The notes under the pieces: model-generated
The model's database searches: none
Told to the model about the DNA's origin: nothing
The model's input: the letters and a program-made list of their open reading frames with translations, nothing else
In this document: positions 35,743 to 48,999 of the stretch, in pieces
How the letters are laid out: each line of letters opens with the position of its first letter
How positions within the stretch are numbered: the first letter of the stretch is position 1
Source: Felis catus
Taxonomy: Eukaryota
Reading direction: 5' to 3'
Length of the DNA stretch: 64,000 nucleotides
Assembly (NCBI RefSeq): GCF_018350175.1
Contig: NC_058369.1
Location: 5,086,001-5,150,000, forward strand
Made by a program: the position numbers and the translations under genes

Positions 35743-37409
35743 ACGTGTCGTGTACACGAAGGGCCTCACAAAGGAACCCCGTAGCATCGGGACAAACGCA
35801 CATACAGATGGTCAGGAAGAAACACAGCCCCCAAATACACACAAGCGGCCGATTATACGCGGACGCACAGGTGGACACAGCCAGACACAAAGCTTTTGCC
35901 CGCGTGCAACTGCAGACAGACTGGTCCAGACACACAGAGGCGCAGTGATGCTCCCCACACCGCAGCAGGCCAGCAGACCCCAGACCCAAATGCTCCTGCA
36001 AACTCGTCAAACACAGACTGAAAACTAGGACCACACACGGATACAACACTACCACCACGCTGTGTCCACAGGCAATCCCGCGCGCGCACACACACGTGCA
36101 TATGTAAGGCTGCTGTATACAGACGTGGAGACACGTCTCGGAGGCTCAGCCAGACAAGCCCAACCCTGGAAATCCACACCCTCAAGTAGACTCGTTCGTG
36201 CGCCCTCTCCTGGGCACTCACAGACTCAGATGGAGACATCCGTACGTGAAGTTGGTGGCGGCAGACCTCAGACACAGGCGGGCAGCCCCTGGATCGGGCA
36301 GAAACATCTAGAAAGGCAAGACCCACGACCTGGAGGCATTTCCGCAGCAGAAGGCTGCAAAGTAAAGCCAAGCTCGCCCCCTGGTGGACGGTGGCAGTAC
36401 TGTCCCGACCTGCTCTGCCGACCTGGGTGCCTGCTTGGGGAAGGGAGGAGAGAGCAGGGAAGAATGTGTGTGTGAGTGTGTCTGTGTGTGTACCTGCACA
36501 CGTGTGCTTGTTCACAAGCCCGTCTGTATGAGCCCAGATTTGGGCACCACCAGGGGCTCCTGATGCTTTTGGCTTCACAGCTGATCAGCCTCGTCATGCT
36601 GCCTAATGACACCCCTATTCCTTCCCCCGAAGCCACAGGGAAGGACATGTCCCGAGGGACGCCCGGAGGTCTTAATATCAGCGCCTTCCTGGATACAAGC
36701 GCTCCCAGCCTCCAGAGGCCAGAATGGGGCCAGAGCGAGAAATACAGATGGAAGGGCCTAGAGGGGCAAGGATTTTCCCAGAAGGGGAGGTTGGATCTGG
36801 GGTCTTTGAGGGGTATGTTCATGTTTGTACTGTTAAGAAGGTGGTGAAGTGTCTTGTAGGTGGAAGGGACTCTATCCAGAACCTTTTACTGTGGTCTCAA
36901 GGCCCTTCCCGTTTCTCTAACCCCTTCCAGGGGCTTCCACTTGGGCTGTTGAGTCAGTACCTTGTTATCTTCTGGAAGAGACATGCTTAATCTAAAGGAA
37001 TGACTCTCTAATGGTGGAAGTTCAGTGAAGTCAGGTTTGGGGCAGATTTCCTTTCTTCTTTTTAAAACTAGTTTACTGAGGTATGATCAATACCTAAAAA
37101 GCTGTGCGTGTTGAATGTATGCATCACAGTGAGTTTGGGGATACTGTTTCTACCTGTGAAACCATCACCAATATCAAGGACAAAAACATATCGGTCACCT
37201 CCCAAAGTTTCTTCCTGTGGCAGATTTTCATGGAGGGCCCCATCATATTGCATGGGGAGTATTTACTCGAGGACAGCCTTTCCTCAGGGAACCAAAATGC
37301 TGTGTTTCCTTGGTGTTGAAGACTGAGGTCTCAGGTCATCTAAACTCTCTCTGCCAGGTCCTCAGGCACTAATCTGAAGCTATGTGCTGCCCTCTAGTGG
37401 CCGTCTTTT

Positions 37410-38166
37410 TCTTCGGAAATGTTTATTCATTTATTTTGAGAGACAGAAAGAGAGAGAGTGTGTGCACGAGCAGGGAAGGGGCAGAGAGAGAGAGACAGAC
37501 AGGGAGAGAGAGAATCCTAAGCAGGCTCCACACTGTCAGTGCAAAGCCTGATGCAGGGTTGGATCCCATGAGCCGTGAGATCATGACCTGAGCTGAAATC
37601 AAGAGTCAGACCCTTAACCGACTGAGCCCCTGGGCGCCCCAAGTACCAGTCTCCCCCACTTCTGATCCACTCAGGAAAAGCACAGACATCAGACAGGCCA
37701 GGCATCAGGCTGGATCCATAGGATGACCCATAGGGCCTTATATAATCCGCATCTCCCTTCCTGCCCAGGACACAGTGGCCTCTGAAAGCAGAAAGGGTCA
37801 GCGGCGGGGGGAGGGGGGGGGGAAGCTGAGTCACCAGCCCTGGGGTTGGGGGGGGGGGCTTGTTCCTGATTGGGTGGCCAGGGAATGCCTCCCTCACGTC
37901 TGTGCTGAGGCCGGAATTCATGGAGAAAGTGCACCATGGAAAAGTGGGGAGGAAATTTGTGTTTCGGGCAGAGGAATCATCAAGCCTGGCAAGGCTCTCA
38001 GGAGCCTGTTATGTCAATGCCCTGAGTTTTCTGGAAGAGAAATGCTTTTGTCCAAAGGAATGACTAATAGTGGAATTTCAGGAAACCAAGTCAAGCATGG
38101 GAAAGGTTTTTTCTCTCTCTCTCTTTAGTTTTTATTTTTTTAAAAAATTCAATATTTCTTTATTTT

Positions 38167-38207
<41 letters not shown>

Positions 38208-38373
38208 ATAAGCAGGGGAGGGACAGAGAGAGAGGGAGACACAGGATCCAAAGCAGCTCCAGACTACGAGCTGTCAGCACAGAGCCTGATGCGGGGCTTG
38301 AACCCACGAACTGCGAGATCATGACCTGAACCAAAGCAGGACGCCTAACCGACTGAGCCACCCAGGTGCCCCC
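37410..38373 (-). mobile_element. Two CanSINEs (~37410-37640 and ~38128-38373)
   Basis: SINE bodies; second has TSD tctctctttagttttt. Confidence 0.85.
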
Positions 38374-39653
38374 TCTCTCTTTAGTTTTTTTAGACCACTC
38401 TGTTGAGGTCTGAAGAATGAGCTTGGTGCAATCAAGAATTTTTAAAAAATTAGTAAAAATTAACCCCCTCCCCAACCCTGCCCCGTGAGAGCTTCCTATG
38501 GTGGCCCCTGCTGGCCTGCTCCAAGTCTTTGTGAAGATTAGAAGAAGGTGCAGGTGCGCTCCCAGGGTACCACACTTAGCCCATGATGAACTTTGGTGTC
38601 CCCCTCGGCCAGGCACCTTGCACAGGAGCACGGGAGTCCTGTGAGGGATGGGAAAAAAAAAAATCCTGTTTTCACCACAGTCTTCTTAGACCACCACTTC
38701 TTACATTCTTGGAGTTTCACTTCCCTCAGATTCTGCCCTCTGTTTGCCTGGGTTCCGGGGCCCCGTGTTTGGGGAACAAATATGATGGCTGATTACGGCC
38801 TTCTCAAAGCTTCTGCACGTCCACATCCTACTTCTGGCAGTGTCTGAGTGAGATCGGGGGGAACAATCCCTCGGGCTGTGGCTTCTGCCCTCATGAGATG
38901 CAGCGCTCGCAGAAACCATCCAGGGCGCTGAGTTTCTGCAGAAATTGGGAGAGTGAGAGTATGGGGGGGTAGGAACTCTGGCGATCGCCAAGTATCCACT
39001 CCAAAGGAATTAGCAAGTGCCCACGCATTCCCACGATGGCATCCAGTGTTGGTTCCAAACGCGGTGACCGAGTCTGTCCACAAGGATGGATGCCCAAGGA
39101 ATACTGCTTCTCGGGTCAGAGTGCAGTTAGGAAACAGAAGCCGTAGGCGTTTGGATGTCTCATGGTTAACTTTTGAGGAAGTATAGATTTAGAATGTTTT
39201 ATAGTTTTCTAGGGCAAACGTGTTCATCGCTGTGAAATGAGATTAGCTTCTACAGGAAAACAAATGTCAGAGGCCACACCCCACCACCGAAACTCACACC
39301 CCGTGTCTTTCGGTCGCTTTGTACAGCATAAACTCATGGGGTTCCTTTCCGTCGATGCACAATGAAACACTTCGGTGGAATCGTGGGCACTCTTTATTTT
39401 GGGGTCAATTCTAAGTCTATCAGGCAGTGATTTATGTACAAGAAACTGCTTCCTTTCACAACGTAAAATTTGATGAGTTTTGAAAGCCTCTGCTGGAGAT
39501 ACAGAACCTTTCCATCATCCCCCTAACTTTCTTTAAGCCCCCTGTTCTCCCTCCTTCTCCCTCTGCCTCCAGTCCCCACCCCAGGATTCGTCCCCCTCCC
39601 CTCCCCCAACAATATATGGTTTGCGTTTTCTAGAATATCCTGTTGTTGGACTT

Positions 39654-39759
39654 TGTGATGGTTAATTTTATGTCTGCTTGGCTAGAGTATGGTGATCAGT
39701 TGTGTGGTCAAACACCAGTCTAGATGCTGCTGTAAAGGTATTTATTTGTTTGTTTATGA

Positions 39760-39804
<45 letters not shown>

Positions 39805-40809
39805 AGAGAGAATCCTGGTGCAGGGCTCGATCTCAGCACCCTGAGATCATGACCTGAGCCAAAAGTCAAGAATCAGACACTTAACCAGCTGAGCCACCCA
39901 GGTGCCCCTGAAGGCATTTTAAAGATGTGATTAACATTGAGATAGGTCAACTTTGACAAAAGCAGCTGACCCTCCATAATGCGGATGGGTCTTGTTTAAC
40001 CAGTTGAAGGCCGGCTAGGAATATATCCAAGGGATACAGGAGTACTGATGCATAGGGCCACTTGTACCCCAATGTTCATAGCAGCACTCTCAACAATAGC
40101 CAAATTATGGAAAGAGCCTAAATGTCCATCAACTGATGAATGGATAAAGAAATTGTGGTTTATATACACAATGGAATATTACGTGGCAATGAGAAAAAAT
40201 GAAATATGGCCTTTTGTAGCAACGTGGATGGAACTGGAGAGTGTGATGCTAAGTGAAATAAGCCATACAGAGAAAGACAGATACCATATGGTTTCACTCT
40301 TATGTGGATCCTGAGAAACTTAACAGGAACCCATGGGGGAGGGGAAGGAAAAAGAAAAAAAGAGGTTAGAGTGGGAGAGAGCCAAAGCATAAGAGACTCT
40401 TAAAAACTGAGAACAAACTGAGGGTTGATGGGGGGTGGGAGGGAGGAGAGGGTGGGGGATGGGTATTGAGGAGGGCACCTTTTGGGATGAGCACTGGGTG
40501 TTGTATGGAAACCAATCTGTCAATAAATTTCATAAAAAAAAAAAAAAAAACCAGTTGAAGGCCTTAAGAACAAAGAAGTTTTCCAAGAAAGAAGGAATTC
40601 TGCTTCCAGACTGCAACATAGAAATCTAGAAATTCTGCCTGAGTTTCCAACCTTCAGACTCAAGGCAGAAGCATCAGCTCTTACCTGGGTCCCCAGCCTG
40701 ATGGCTTGACCTACAGATTTCTGACATGACAGTCCCCACAATCACAAGAGCTAATTCCTTGGAATCCCTCTCTCCTTTTGCTTCGGCTTCTCTGGGGAGC
40801 CCTAATACA
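39654..40809 (+). mobile_element. MLT2-like ERVL LTR hosting a CanSINE (~39740-39908) and an L1 insertion
   Basis: Begins tgtgatggttaattttatgt, ends ccctaataca; flanks gactt/gaatt. Confidence 0.75.
40013..40548 (+). mobile_element. Young 5'-truncated L1 (ORF2 C-terminus, 3' UTR, poly-A)
   Basis: ORF 40048-40314 (CTPMFIAALSTIAKLWKEPKCPSTDEWIKKLW) is the L1 ORF2 C-terminus; perfect 15-bp TSD aaccagttgaaggcc at 39998 and 40549. Confidence 0.93.
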
Positions 40810-40847
40810 GAATTCTTTAAGTATTTGCTGTTTTGTGTCTTTAAAAG

Positions 40848-41454
40848 ATTTTTTTTTAATGTTTATTTATTTTTGAGAGAGAGGGAGAGAGACAGAGCAG
40901 GGGAGGGGCAGCGAGAGAGGAAGACACAGAAACTGAAGCAGGCTCCGGGCTCCGAGCTGTCAGCACGGAGCCTGACACGGGGCTCGAACCCACAAACCGT
41001 GAGATTATGACCTGAGCCAAAGTCGATGCTTAACCGCCTGGGCCACCCAGGCACCTCACTCTTTTGTGTCCTTTCTGTCTGGCTTCTTTTCCTGAGCATA
41101 AGGTCTTTGAGCTTCATCTACATTGTTGAGGGGCTCAGTAGTTCCGTTTTCATTGCATAGATACATCACCTGTCGATGGACGTTGCAACTCTGTCCAGAG
41201 TTCGGCAATTGTGACTAAAACAGCTGCGAACATCTGTGGGGGGGATCCTTCTGTGGATATAAGCTTTTATTTCTCTTGGACAAGCACTATATTGTCCAGT
41301 AATCCCACTTCCGGGGATATAACCATAGGAAATCAAAACCCGATATCAAAAAGATAATCTGTATGTCCATGTTCATTTCAGGATTGCTCACAAATATAGC
41401 CAAGACATGGAAACAATTTAAGTGTCCATCAATGGATGGATGGATAAGAACATG

Positions 41455-41488
<34 letters not shown>

Positions 41489-42195
41489 GAATATTATTTA
41501 GACAGGAGAAAAAAAAAAAAAAAGAAAATCCTGTCATTTGCAGCACCAAGGACAGAACTCGAGGGCATTATATTAAGTGAAACAAGTCCAACAGAGAAAG
41601 ATAAATACTGTTATGATCTCACTTGTATGTGGAATCTAAAAAAGTGGAATATGTAGAAATAGAATAAAGTCATCACTACCAGGGCCACCTGGGTGGCTCA
41701 GTCAGTTAAGCACCTGACTTTGGCTCAGGTCATGATCTTGTGGTTCACCAGTATGAGCCCCAGGTTGGAGTCTGTGCTGACAGCTCAGAGCCTGGATCCA
41801 GCTTCAGATTCTGTGTCTCCCTCTCTCTCTGCCCCTCCCCTGTTCATGCTCTGTCTCTCTCTCTCTCTCTCTCAAAAATAAATAAACATTAAAAAAATTT
41901 TTTTGAAGAATGGTCATTACCAGGAGTGGGGGTGAGGTGGGGGAAATGGGGAGACATTGGTTGAAAGGCACAAACTTTAAGTTAGAAGACGAATAAGTAT
42001 AACTTCTGGGGATCCCTGCACAGCAGTGTGATTATAATTAACAAAGTTGCAAAGACACTAGGTCTTACTTGTTCTCATCAGAAAAAAAGAAACGGTAATT
42101 ATGTGACGGGATAGAGACGGAGGTGTTAGGTAATGCCCTGGCAGCCGTCAGATGGCCATATGGAAACATATCAAATGAAACATTGTATACCTTAA
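40848..42195. mobile_element. CanSINE (-, ~40848-41055), old L1 (-), and carnivore L1 3' region (+, ~41288-42195) with embedded CanSINE (~41682-41905)
   Basis: Degenerate ORF2 C-terminal peptide IAKTWKQFKCPSMDGWI; L1 3' UTR motifs. Confidence 0.75.
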
Positions 42196-44731
42196 GCCCA
42201 AAAAGACATGGAAATATCTCCATTCTAGCTGGTAGGTAGTCATGACTCCAAGCCAACCGCATATAGCTGACTTTACCGTCAGATATCCCGTGACCCAGCT
42301 GCTGATGCATTAGTGGCTGGCCCCAGAGGCGGCCCCTGGATCTTGTCTTAGGCTCACAGCCAGTGCCCATTCTGAGCGGTCAGTGTCCTGCTTAGACCAG
42401 GTATCTGATTCTTTGGATAACCTGCTAGGAGCGCTGACGGGACTGACTCCATCTCTGGCCCCCGCCAGGTGCAATGACCTCTCTAGGGGCTGCGAATCCT
42501 AGGCCTGTGGGTGCTCTGATCTTCCCTAAAGTGATGCACAGAAGGCCCCACTTTAGGTAACGACCCCGTGACCTCACCACCATGCCCCTTGCTCCATAAA
42601 AGCTGGGGATTACGTCAGGACTGGGCAGAGAGTAGCTGCGGAGGATGCGGGGGTCGCCTACCCGATCCCCCTGTCCGTAAGACACCCTGAACACAAGTTT
42701 GTCGGCTCTATGCAGTGGCTTGCTTTGCTTTTCGGTCTTAAAGTGACTTCTCGGTCTGGAGGAGATACTACTGACCCTCCTCCATTTTCTAACGCGCCTG
42801 TTCAGCAAAATGTTCACATAGTTGGCCCTTGTTTGGAGTCTGGGAGCTTGGGTCCTCCCATAAGGACTCTCAGGCATGGGGGTTTGCTGGGGAGGATGTT
42901 GAGCGGAGGTGAGGGAGGGTAGCCTGGTAGGAGGGAGACAAAGAGCTGAGCAAGTGTAACCGTTGTTTTGTTTGTTTTGGTTTTTCTAAACCCAGGATGG
43001 TGTTTTTTTTTTTATTTTTTTTCAACATTTATTTATTTTTGGAACAGAGAGAGACAGAGCATGAATGGGGGAGGGGCAGAGAGAGAGGGAGACACAGAAT
43101 CGGAAACAGGCTCCAGGCTCTGAGCCGTCAGCCCAGAGCCCAACGCGGGGCTCGAACTCATGGACCGCGAGATCGTGACCTGGCTGAAGTCGGACGCTTA
43201 ACCGACTGCGCCACCCAGGCGCCCCTCCAGGATGGTGTTCTGACGGAGCTGAAGAGTGGAACCGAAAAACAAGGTTAAGGGCAGCACAGGTACCAAGTGT
43301 ATTAGGGTGAGAATGAAACAGGAGGAAAAGACTCCTGTGACCTGGGGGCAGGGGGAGGGGCTCCTTAAGGAGGAGGCCTGTTTAGATAACCATCCAATAT
43401 ACCAGGAGGGAGTTTATCAGCCCGACTAGTGGCCAAACACACTTCTACACGAGGCCCCTAGATTGGGGTCCTGATTTAGGGCAATTCAAGGATGGACCTG
43501 TTTATTCTGTTTCCTGCAGAAGAGAGAACTTCCGTAGTCAGGGGACACTGATGAAAAAGAGTAAAGATAGAAATCCATCATGGTCTAAGCAACGTTCCGA
43601 CACGTGTAGTGCTTACAGCTGACTTCCCTAGGAGGTGGGTTCTAATTCAATCAGGTACTGGTTTCCCCCGGCTCTGAGCAGAGGTCTCACGGCCAGAAGC
43701 AGCTGGACCACAGATGTGGAGGGCATTGCATTAGACCAATGAGGAGGAAACCTCCCATGGGAGTCTTAGGTTTGGAAGCCGTCCTGGGGACTTAGGTGGC
43801 TGTCCTGTGCCCAAGACAGACAACTTTGTACAAGGAATAAAGAGAGGACATCAGGTTTCTGGATCTTATGACCATTCTGGCCAGGGTACTAGCTTCCTGC
43901 CTTTTCTCCTCCCCATAGAGTAGCCACGGGCTAGAGGCTTGCAGCCTGAGCAGTCGGCATGGCATGAAAGTGTTCCAAGAAGACCATACTCCTCGAAAGG
44001 CCCCTGAGATGAGAGTAAAGGAGGAGAAGAGAACATACTCCCCAAGTTTGCACGAGGCTCAGAGTCCAGATGCAAAGACTCTCAGCCCCACGTAAGGGCA
44101 CCAAAATGATAAAATTATGAAGCGGGGCACGTGAACAAATGGCTAAGAAAGAATTCTTGAGGCATTTTTGGTGCAAAAAGGTGATTTAATCATAGCACGG
44201 GGACAGGACCTGCAGGCAGAAAGAGCAGTACTGGGGTTGTGAGAGGTGACTGATTATACACTTGTAAGTTAGTGGGGCATGAGGATAGCTTAAGTCTCTA
44301 AGGAATTTGTAAGCAAGGCTTCTGGGACCTCGCTGCTGTTGAGATAAGCTTATTTTATTTATTTTTTTTTAATTTTTTTTTCAACGTTTATTTATTTTTT
44401 TGGGACAGAGAGAGACAGAGCATGAACAGGGGTGGGGCAGAGAGAGAGGGAGACACAGAAACGGAAACAGGCTCCAGGCTCTGAGCCATCAGCCCAGAGC
44501 CTGATGCGGGGCTCGAACTCACGGACCGCGAGATCGTGACCTGGCTGAAGTCAGACGCTTAACCGACTGTGCCACCCAGGCGCCCCGAGATAAGCTTATT
44601 TTAGTCTTTAATAAAACAAAAGCATGAAGGCAGTAAGGCAGCCGTGAGTTCCTCTAGGAAGGTCCCACTCTACATGTTTCAGGTGCGGGCTGATGAGCTT
44701 TAAGGACATTTAATTTAAGCTACATTTCTCT

Positions 44732-44771
<40 letters not shown>

Positions 44772-44776
44772 CTCAT
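42196..44776 (-). mobile_element. Truncated endogenous retrovirus: 5' LTR (~44107-44776), PBS-like site (44085-44103), leader/internal sequence; CanSINEs at ~43003-43225 and ~44357-44586
   Basis: Minus strand TGGTGCCCTTACGTGGGGC resembles tRNA-Lys PBS TGGCGCCCAACGTGGGGC, 3 nt after an LTR-type CA end; TG start at 44776; SINE TSDs ccaggatggtgtt and gagataagcttatttt. Confidence 0.6.
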
Positions 44777-45564
44777 TATAAGGAGGTGGTCTCCACTGGA
44801 ATCTAACCTCAGCCTGATCCCATGGGGAATCTGGAGCCTAAGGAACACCCTGTGTTGATCTCACCGTGGGGCTGGGCTTTTGAAACTCTGTCGACCAGCT
44901 GGGCTGCGTCTGAGGCTTTGGGCAGACACCGGGGAAGGGGAAGCAGTGAGCTGTTAACAGGCAATTCTCACAGCAGCTGGGGGATGGGTGTTTCAGCTGC
45001 TAAAGGGAGGTTTTAGAGCATCAACAGCGTCCACTATGAGGGCTTTAGTTGGTCTAGGATGACTAGGTTTTGGAGGGAAAGGGAGAAATGAGTCCGGTGG
45101 GGGATACCAGTGTAAGACTAGCTAGGGTCTTGGGTGCCATATTAGTGAGCTTGGAGTTCCTCCTGAAGATCATAGGGAGCCCTGGGAGGATTTAGACTAT
45201 AGGAGGAACAAGGACAAGTTGGGTGGGGCTATCCTAGAGTAGCCTCACCACATCCAGAAGGTAACACATTCAGTGTTAGCAGGAGTGATGCCTCTGGGCA
45301 TCACCAGGCTGATTTCTTCAGTCTTGAATGTCCCTTCTTTTCCCCTTTGCTGGGAAAGACCTATGGGGTCAGGCTTACACAAGTCATGTGGCTAGAAACT
45401 GTATTTCCTCTACCCCATCCTTCCTCTTCTCCCTCTACGGCTGTCCCCAGACCTGTAGGATCTCTGAAGTGCAGATTTTATAGCCTCAGTCAACTGTCTG
45501 GGGTTTAATAAAGGGTGACTGGCATCCTGTGTTCTTCTGTCCCTGACCAGGATCCCAGACCCCG

Positions 45565-47075
45565 TCTGTTGGTAGAATAACAAGGCTCCCCCACCATCTC
45601 CTTCCCGCCTGCCAATTTGTCCACATCCAAATCCTTTGACTCTATGAATCCGTGACCTTACACAGTTGGGCTTTGCAGTTGGGATTGAGGATCTTGAGAT
45701 GGGGGAAATTATTCTGGATCATCTGAGTGGGTATAATGTAATCACAGGGGCCCTTTTAAGAGGGAGGCAGGAGTGTCAGAGAATGAAAGAGGGAGTTTGA
45801 GGGAGAGAGGGAGGGAGGTTGGAAGATGTCATACTGCTGGCTGTGAAGACAGAGGAAGGGACCATGAGCCAAGGAATGTGGGGAGACTCTAGAAGCTGGA
45901 AAGGAGAAGGAATGGACTTCCTCCAGAAGCCATATGCAGCTCTGGTTACATCTTGATTTCTGTCCCCTAAGACTCCCTTGGGACTCTGGCTTCCAGACCT
46001 GTAATGTAATTTATCTGTGTCATTTTGAACGGCTGTTTGTGGTGCTTTGCTATGGTGGGGATGGGGGCGGGGCAGGGAAGTCACATGGCCTCATCCCTGC
46101 CCATCCTCATTCTCAGTGTCAACTATTCCTTTTTCAGACTCCCCCGATTACCAGACATTTCCCCTGTTCTGCTGTTCCTGCTTCTTAAATTCCTCTCTGT
46201 CTCCACAGCCCCTGCCCTAGACCAGACCACCTCACTTTTCTCTCCCCGGGATGCAGCCCCAGCCTTCCCAGGGGAGGGCACTCCTGCCTGGGTCCAGAGC
46301 ATGGCTGTTGCAAAACCCCAGTCTGCCCTTCACTACCTTGCTGAAATTCCTTCTGATACCCCGAGGATCAAGTCCAAACTCACCCACATTAGAAAGCTTT
46401 GCATGAAATGATCTTTGCTGACTTCTCTTGTTCAGACATTTGCTGGTATTAGTGCTCCTATGAGCAGCCACAACAATCTAGTATAGCAAGAGAATAATAA
46501 TGGTAACAATAGAGAGTTTTACTGAGCATTTAATCTGTGCCAGGCAGGAGTTTGTGATTTTATTACGTTAAACCTCAAACCCTGGGAAATTGGTATTGTC
46601 ATCATTTTGCTGATGGAGAAAATTGCTTCTAGGTAGACCAGTTGTCTCTTGCTGCATGATCCAACCCCCCCCCCCCACTCCAAAATTGGAAGTTTTAGAC
46701 AACAAGGTTGTATTTTCTTATAGTTCCTGAGGCTCAGAGAATCTGGAGGTGGCTCAGCTGGGTGGTTCTGGATCAGGGTCCCCCCCATGAGGTCACAGTC
46801 AAGCCGTTGGCCACAAACCTCATTTCCTCCTCCTGTGAGCTTCTCCACAGTGCTGTGGGGTGTCCTCACAACACGGCGACTGGCTTCCCCTTGGGGAAGG
46901 ATCCCAGGAGAGAGCGAGCAGGAAGCCGCAGTGACCCTCTCACCTCAGATGCCTCACATGCCAGTGTCACATGCTGCTTTTCCTGTTGACTAAATTCAGC
47001 GCACACCCAAGGAGAGCGCTCCCTCTTGAAGGGAAGAGTGTGCAAGGATTTGTGAATGTAAGGTAAAGCCACTGC
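45565..47075. mobile_element. MLT1-like LTRs (~45565-46055 and ~46640-47075) with L2/MIR-like pieces between
   Basis: attattctggatcatctgagtggg, ctagaagctggaaagg, ggctcagctgggtggttctgg motifs. Confidence 0.65.
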
Positions 47076-48699
47076 ATTTGTCTGTCTGCCTCTAGTGTCC
47101 ACACTCTGGATGCCCCGGACAAGGATTACAGAAGAACGTGCAAGTCCCGGAAATTGTCCCCAGCTGGTAGTATTACCCTACGTTACAGCATGCCCCCCAC
47201 AGAGATCCTTTGGGACACGGCCTCTCGTCACCCTCTTTCTCTACACGAAAAACCTGAGACCCAGAGAGGCAAGCCACTTGCCAAGGGCACTTTGAGAACA
47301 CACTGGAGTCAGGATTGGATCCTAGGTCTGATTCTCTATCACAACCAACACTGGGAGTTTTTCCCGCGTGCCAGGCTTTGTTCTAGACGTGTCAGGAGTG
47401 CCCACTCCTCGGATACACATCAGCCCCACGAAGTGGAGCCTATTATCGTTGGGCCCATTTTACACACGGGAATGTTGAGGCACAGATAGATTAAGAACAT
47501 GACTAGCATGCAGGGGAGACGGGATTCGGACTCCTGGGGATCTCGTTGTCCTCCAGTGCTTCTCCGTGACAGACACAGAGGTTGTTTTCCTCTTACTTGG
47601 TGGCATTTGCTGTGCTTCTGTGCTGCTCCTAAGTGCAGTCTCGCTGGGCAGGGCCCCCTGATGCGCACACGGGGGGCCACTGATGTATCTTCTTCCGTGA
47701 TCATAACTCCAAGGTGGGTATTTTGCTGTGCGTGGAGCAAAAGGGAGAATGCAGAAGCACGTGGGGGGCTTTTCTTCCCAAGAACTTGGGGTTGGCTCTT
47801 GTGCCTCATTTTTAGCCTGTGGTAGGTGCTTTTGGTGCCTACCCACACCCATGACCCTGAGCCCCTCAGGGCACACAAGACTCACATTTGTCAGTCCACA
47901 GGGTTGCACTCGGGTTATGCCCATTCTGTCTGTTTGGAGGCCAGGCCCAAGGTGTTGTGGGTAGACACCAGCCTCAATCTGTGCCTGGCAGTAGCCAGTG
48001 GATAAATACCCCGGCTCCCTTGCCTCTCGGGTGGGGTAACTGAAGACTGCTCTGGGCTGCCTTTCAGAGGTCCTTGTGGAATCAAGCTCAGTTTCTCACT
48101 GTGCAACTTGCTAGAATGCACGGCCACTGGGGACCCTTTCCTGTCCCCATCTCCCAGCTCCCCTCCCCAGCTGGCGTTTCCTGGGGTCACCTCCCTGATA
48201 AACTACTTTCACTAGAATCCCAGTCTCAGCATCTGCTTCTGGGGACCCTGGCTGAGGCATTATTAGCCCTCTGTGTGTGTGAGCTCGTGCACGCAGGTGT
48301 GTTAGGGCTGCGAATGGGGTGGGGGTGCTGCTGTGCTGGGGTAAAACATAGGAGAGCTAGAGGCATATGGAGTGGTTCGAGAGCTAGGGCTTGGAGCCAG
48401 AGGATCCTGGATTCAAATCTTGACTCTTAAGTAACCTTGGACAAGTCGCAATGCCTCTCCATGCCTCACTTTCCTTTTTAATTTTAATTTTTGTTGTTGT
48501 TGTCAAATGGCTGGGGGGTCAGAATCTCTGCTCGATGATGTGGATGTGAGGATGAAAGTGAATTTCATTGGCGATGTGTCTAGAGTGGCACCTGGTCCAT
48601 GATGCCCGTGATGGCTGTCTGCGTGGGGCCTGCTGGGAAGAGATCTTTGAGTCTGGGCTTTGCCTCCCTGTGGACAGGTGGTGGTGGCTCCCTTATAGG

Positions 48700-48999
48700 T
48701 GCAGTGGAAGAAGGCTGAGAGGTAGGCGCTGGTGGGGAAGGAAAAGCAAGAGTTGGGGGGAAGGAGAGAGAACACGGCAACACACCAGCTAGTACAACTT
48801 CTCTTCACTGTGGCGGAAAGAAAATTAGGGGGTTGCCACACTGTCCTCATCTAGCAGCAATTCAGCAAAAAGGGCTGTCTTGCTCTGGCAGCGTTGAGCA
48901 ATTCTGGCTCCACCCCTCCCCTCTCCCCATACCCTCTGTTACTGAAAACGCGGAGAACGAAGGCAAGGTTCCCTTCTTTAATGACAGAAACACGGGACC
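48700..48999 (+). promoter_or_regulatory. ADGRE1: ADGRE1 proximal promoter/5' UTR, TATA-less and purine-rich
   Basis: GGAA cores at ~48734-48764 and 48813-48820 (PU.1/ETS-type), C/EBP-like TTGAGCAAT at 48894-48902, directly upstream of exon 1 ATG; typical myeloid promoter layout. Confidence 0.6.

Noticed and set aside
36643..36652. Perfect p53 half-site GGACATGTCC
   Set aside because: No adjacent second half-site; expected by chance in 64 kb
40048..40314. 88-aa ORF with real protein similarity
   Set aside because: L1 ORF2 C-terminal fragment of a truncated insertion, not a host gene
42425..42877. 150-aa minus-strand ORF in the ERV internal region
   Set aside because: No gag, pol or env motif recognisable; treated as chance ORF
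44731..44773. ~34-T run flanked by ttgcct as a tail-only retroposon insertion
   Set aside because: Simple slippage of an A-run near the LTR terminus explains it equally well; the 6-bp flank overlaps the run
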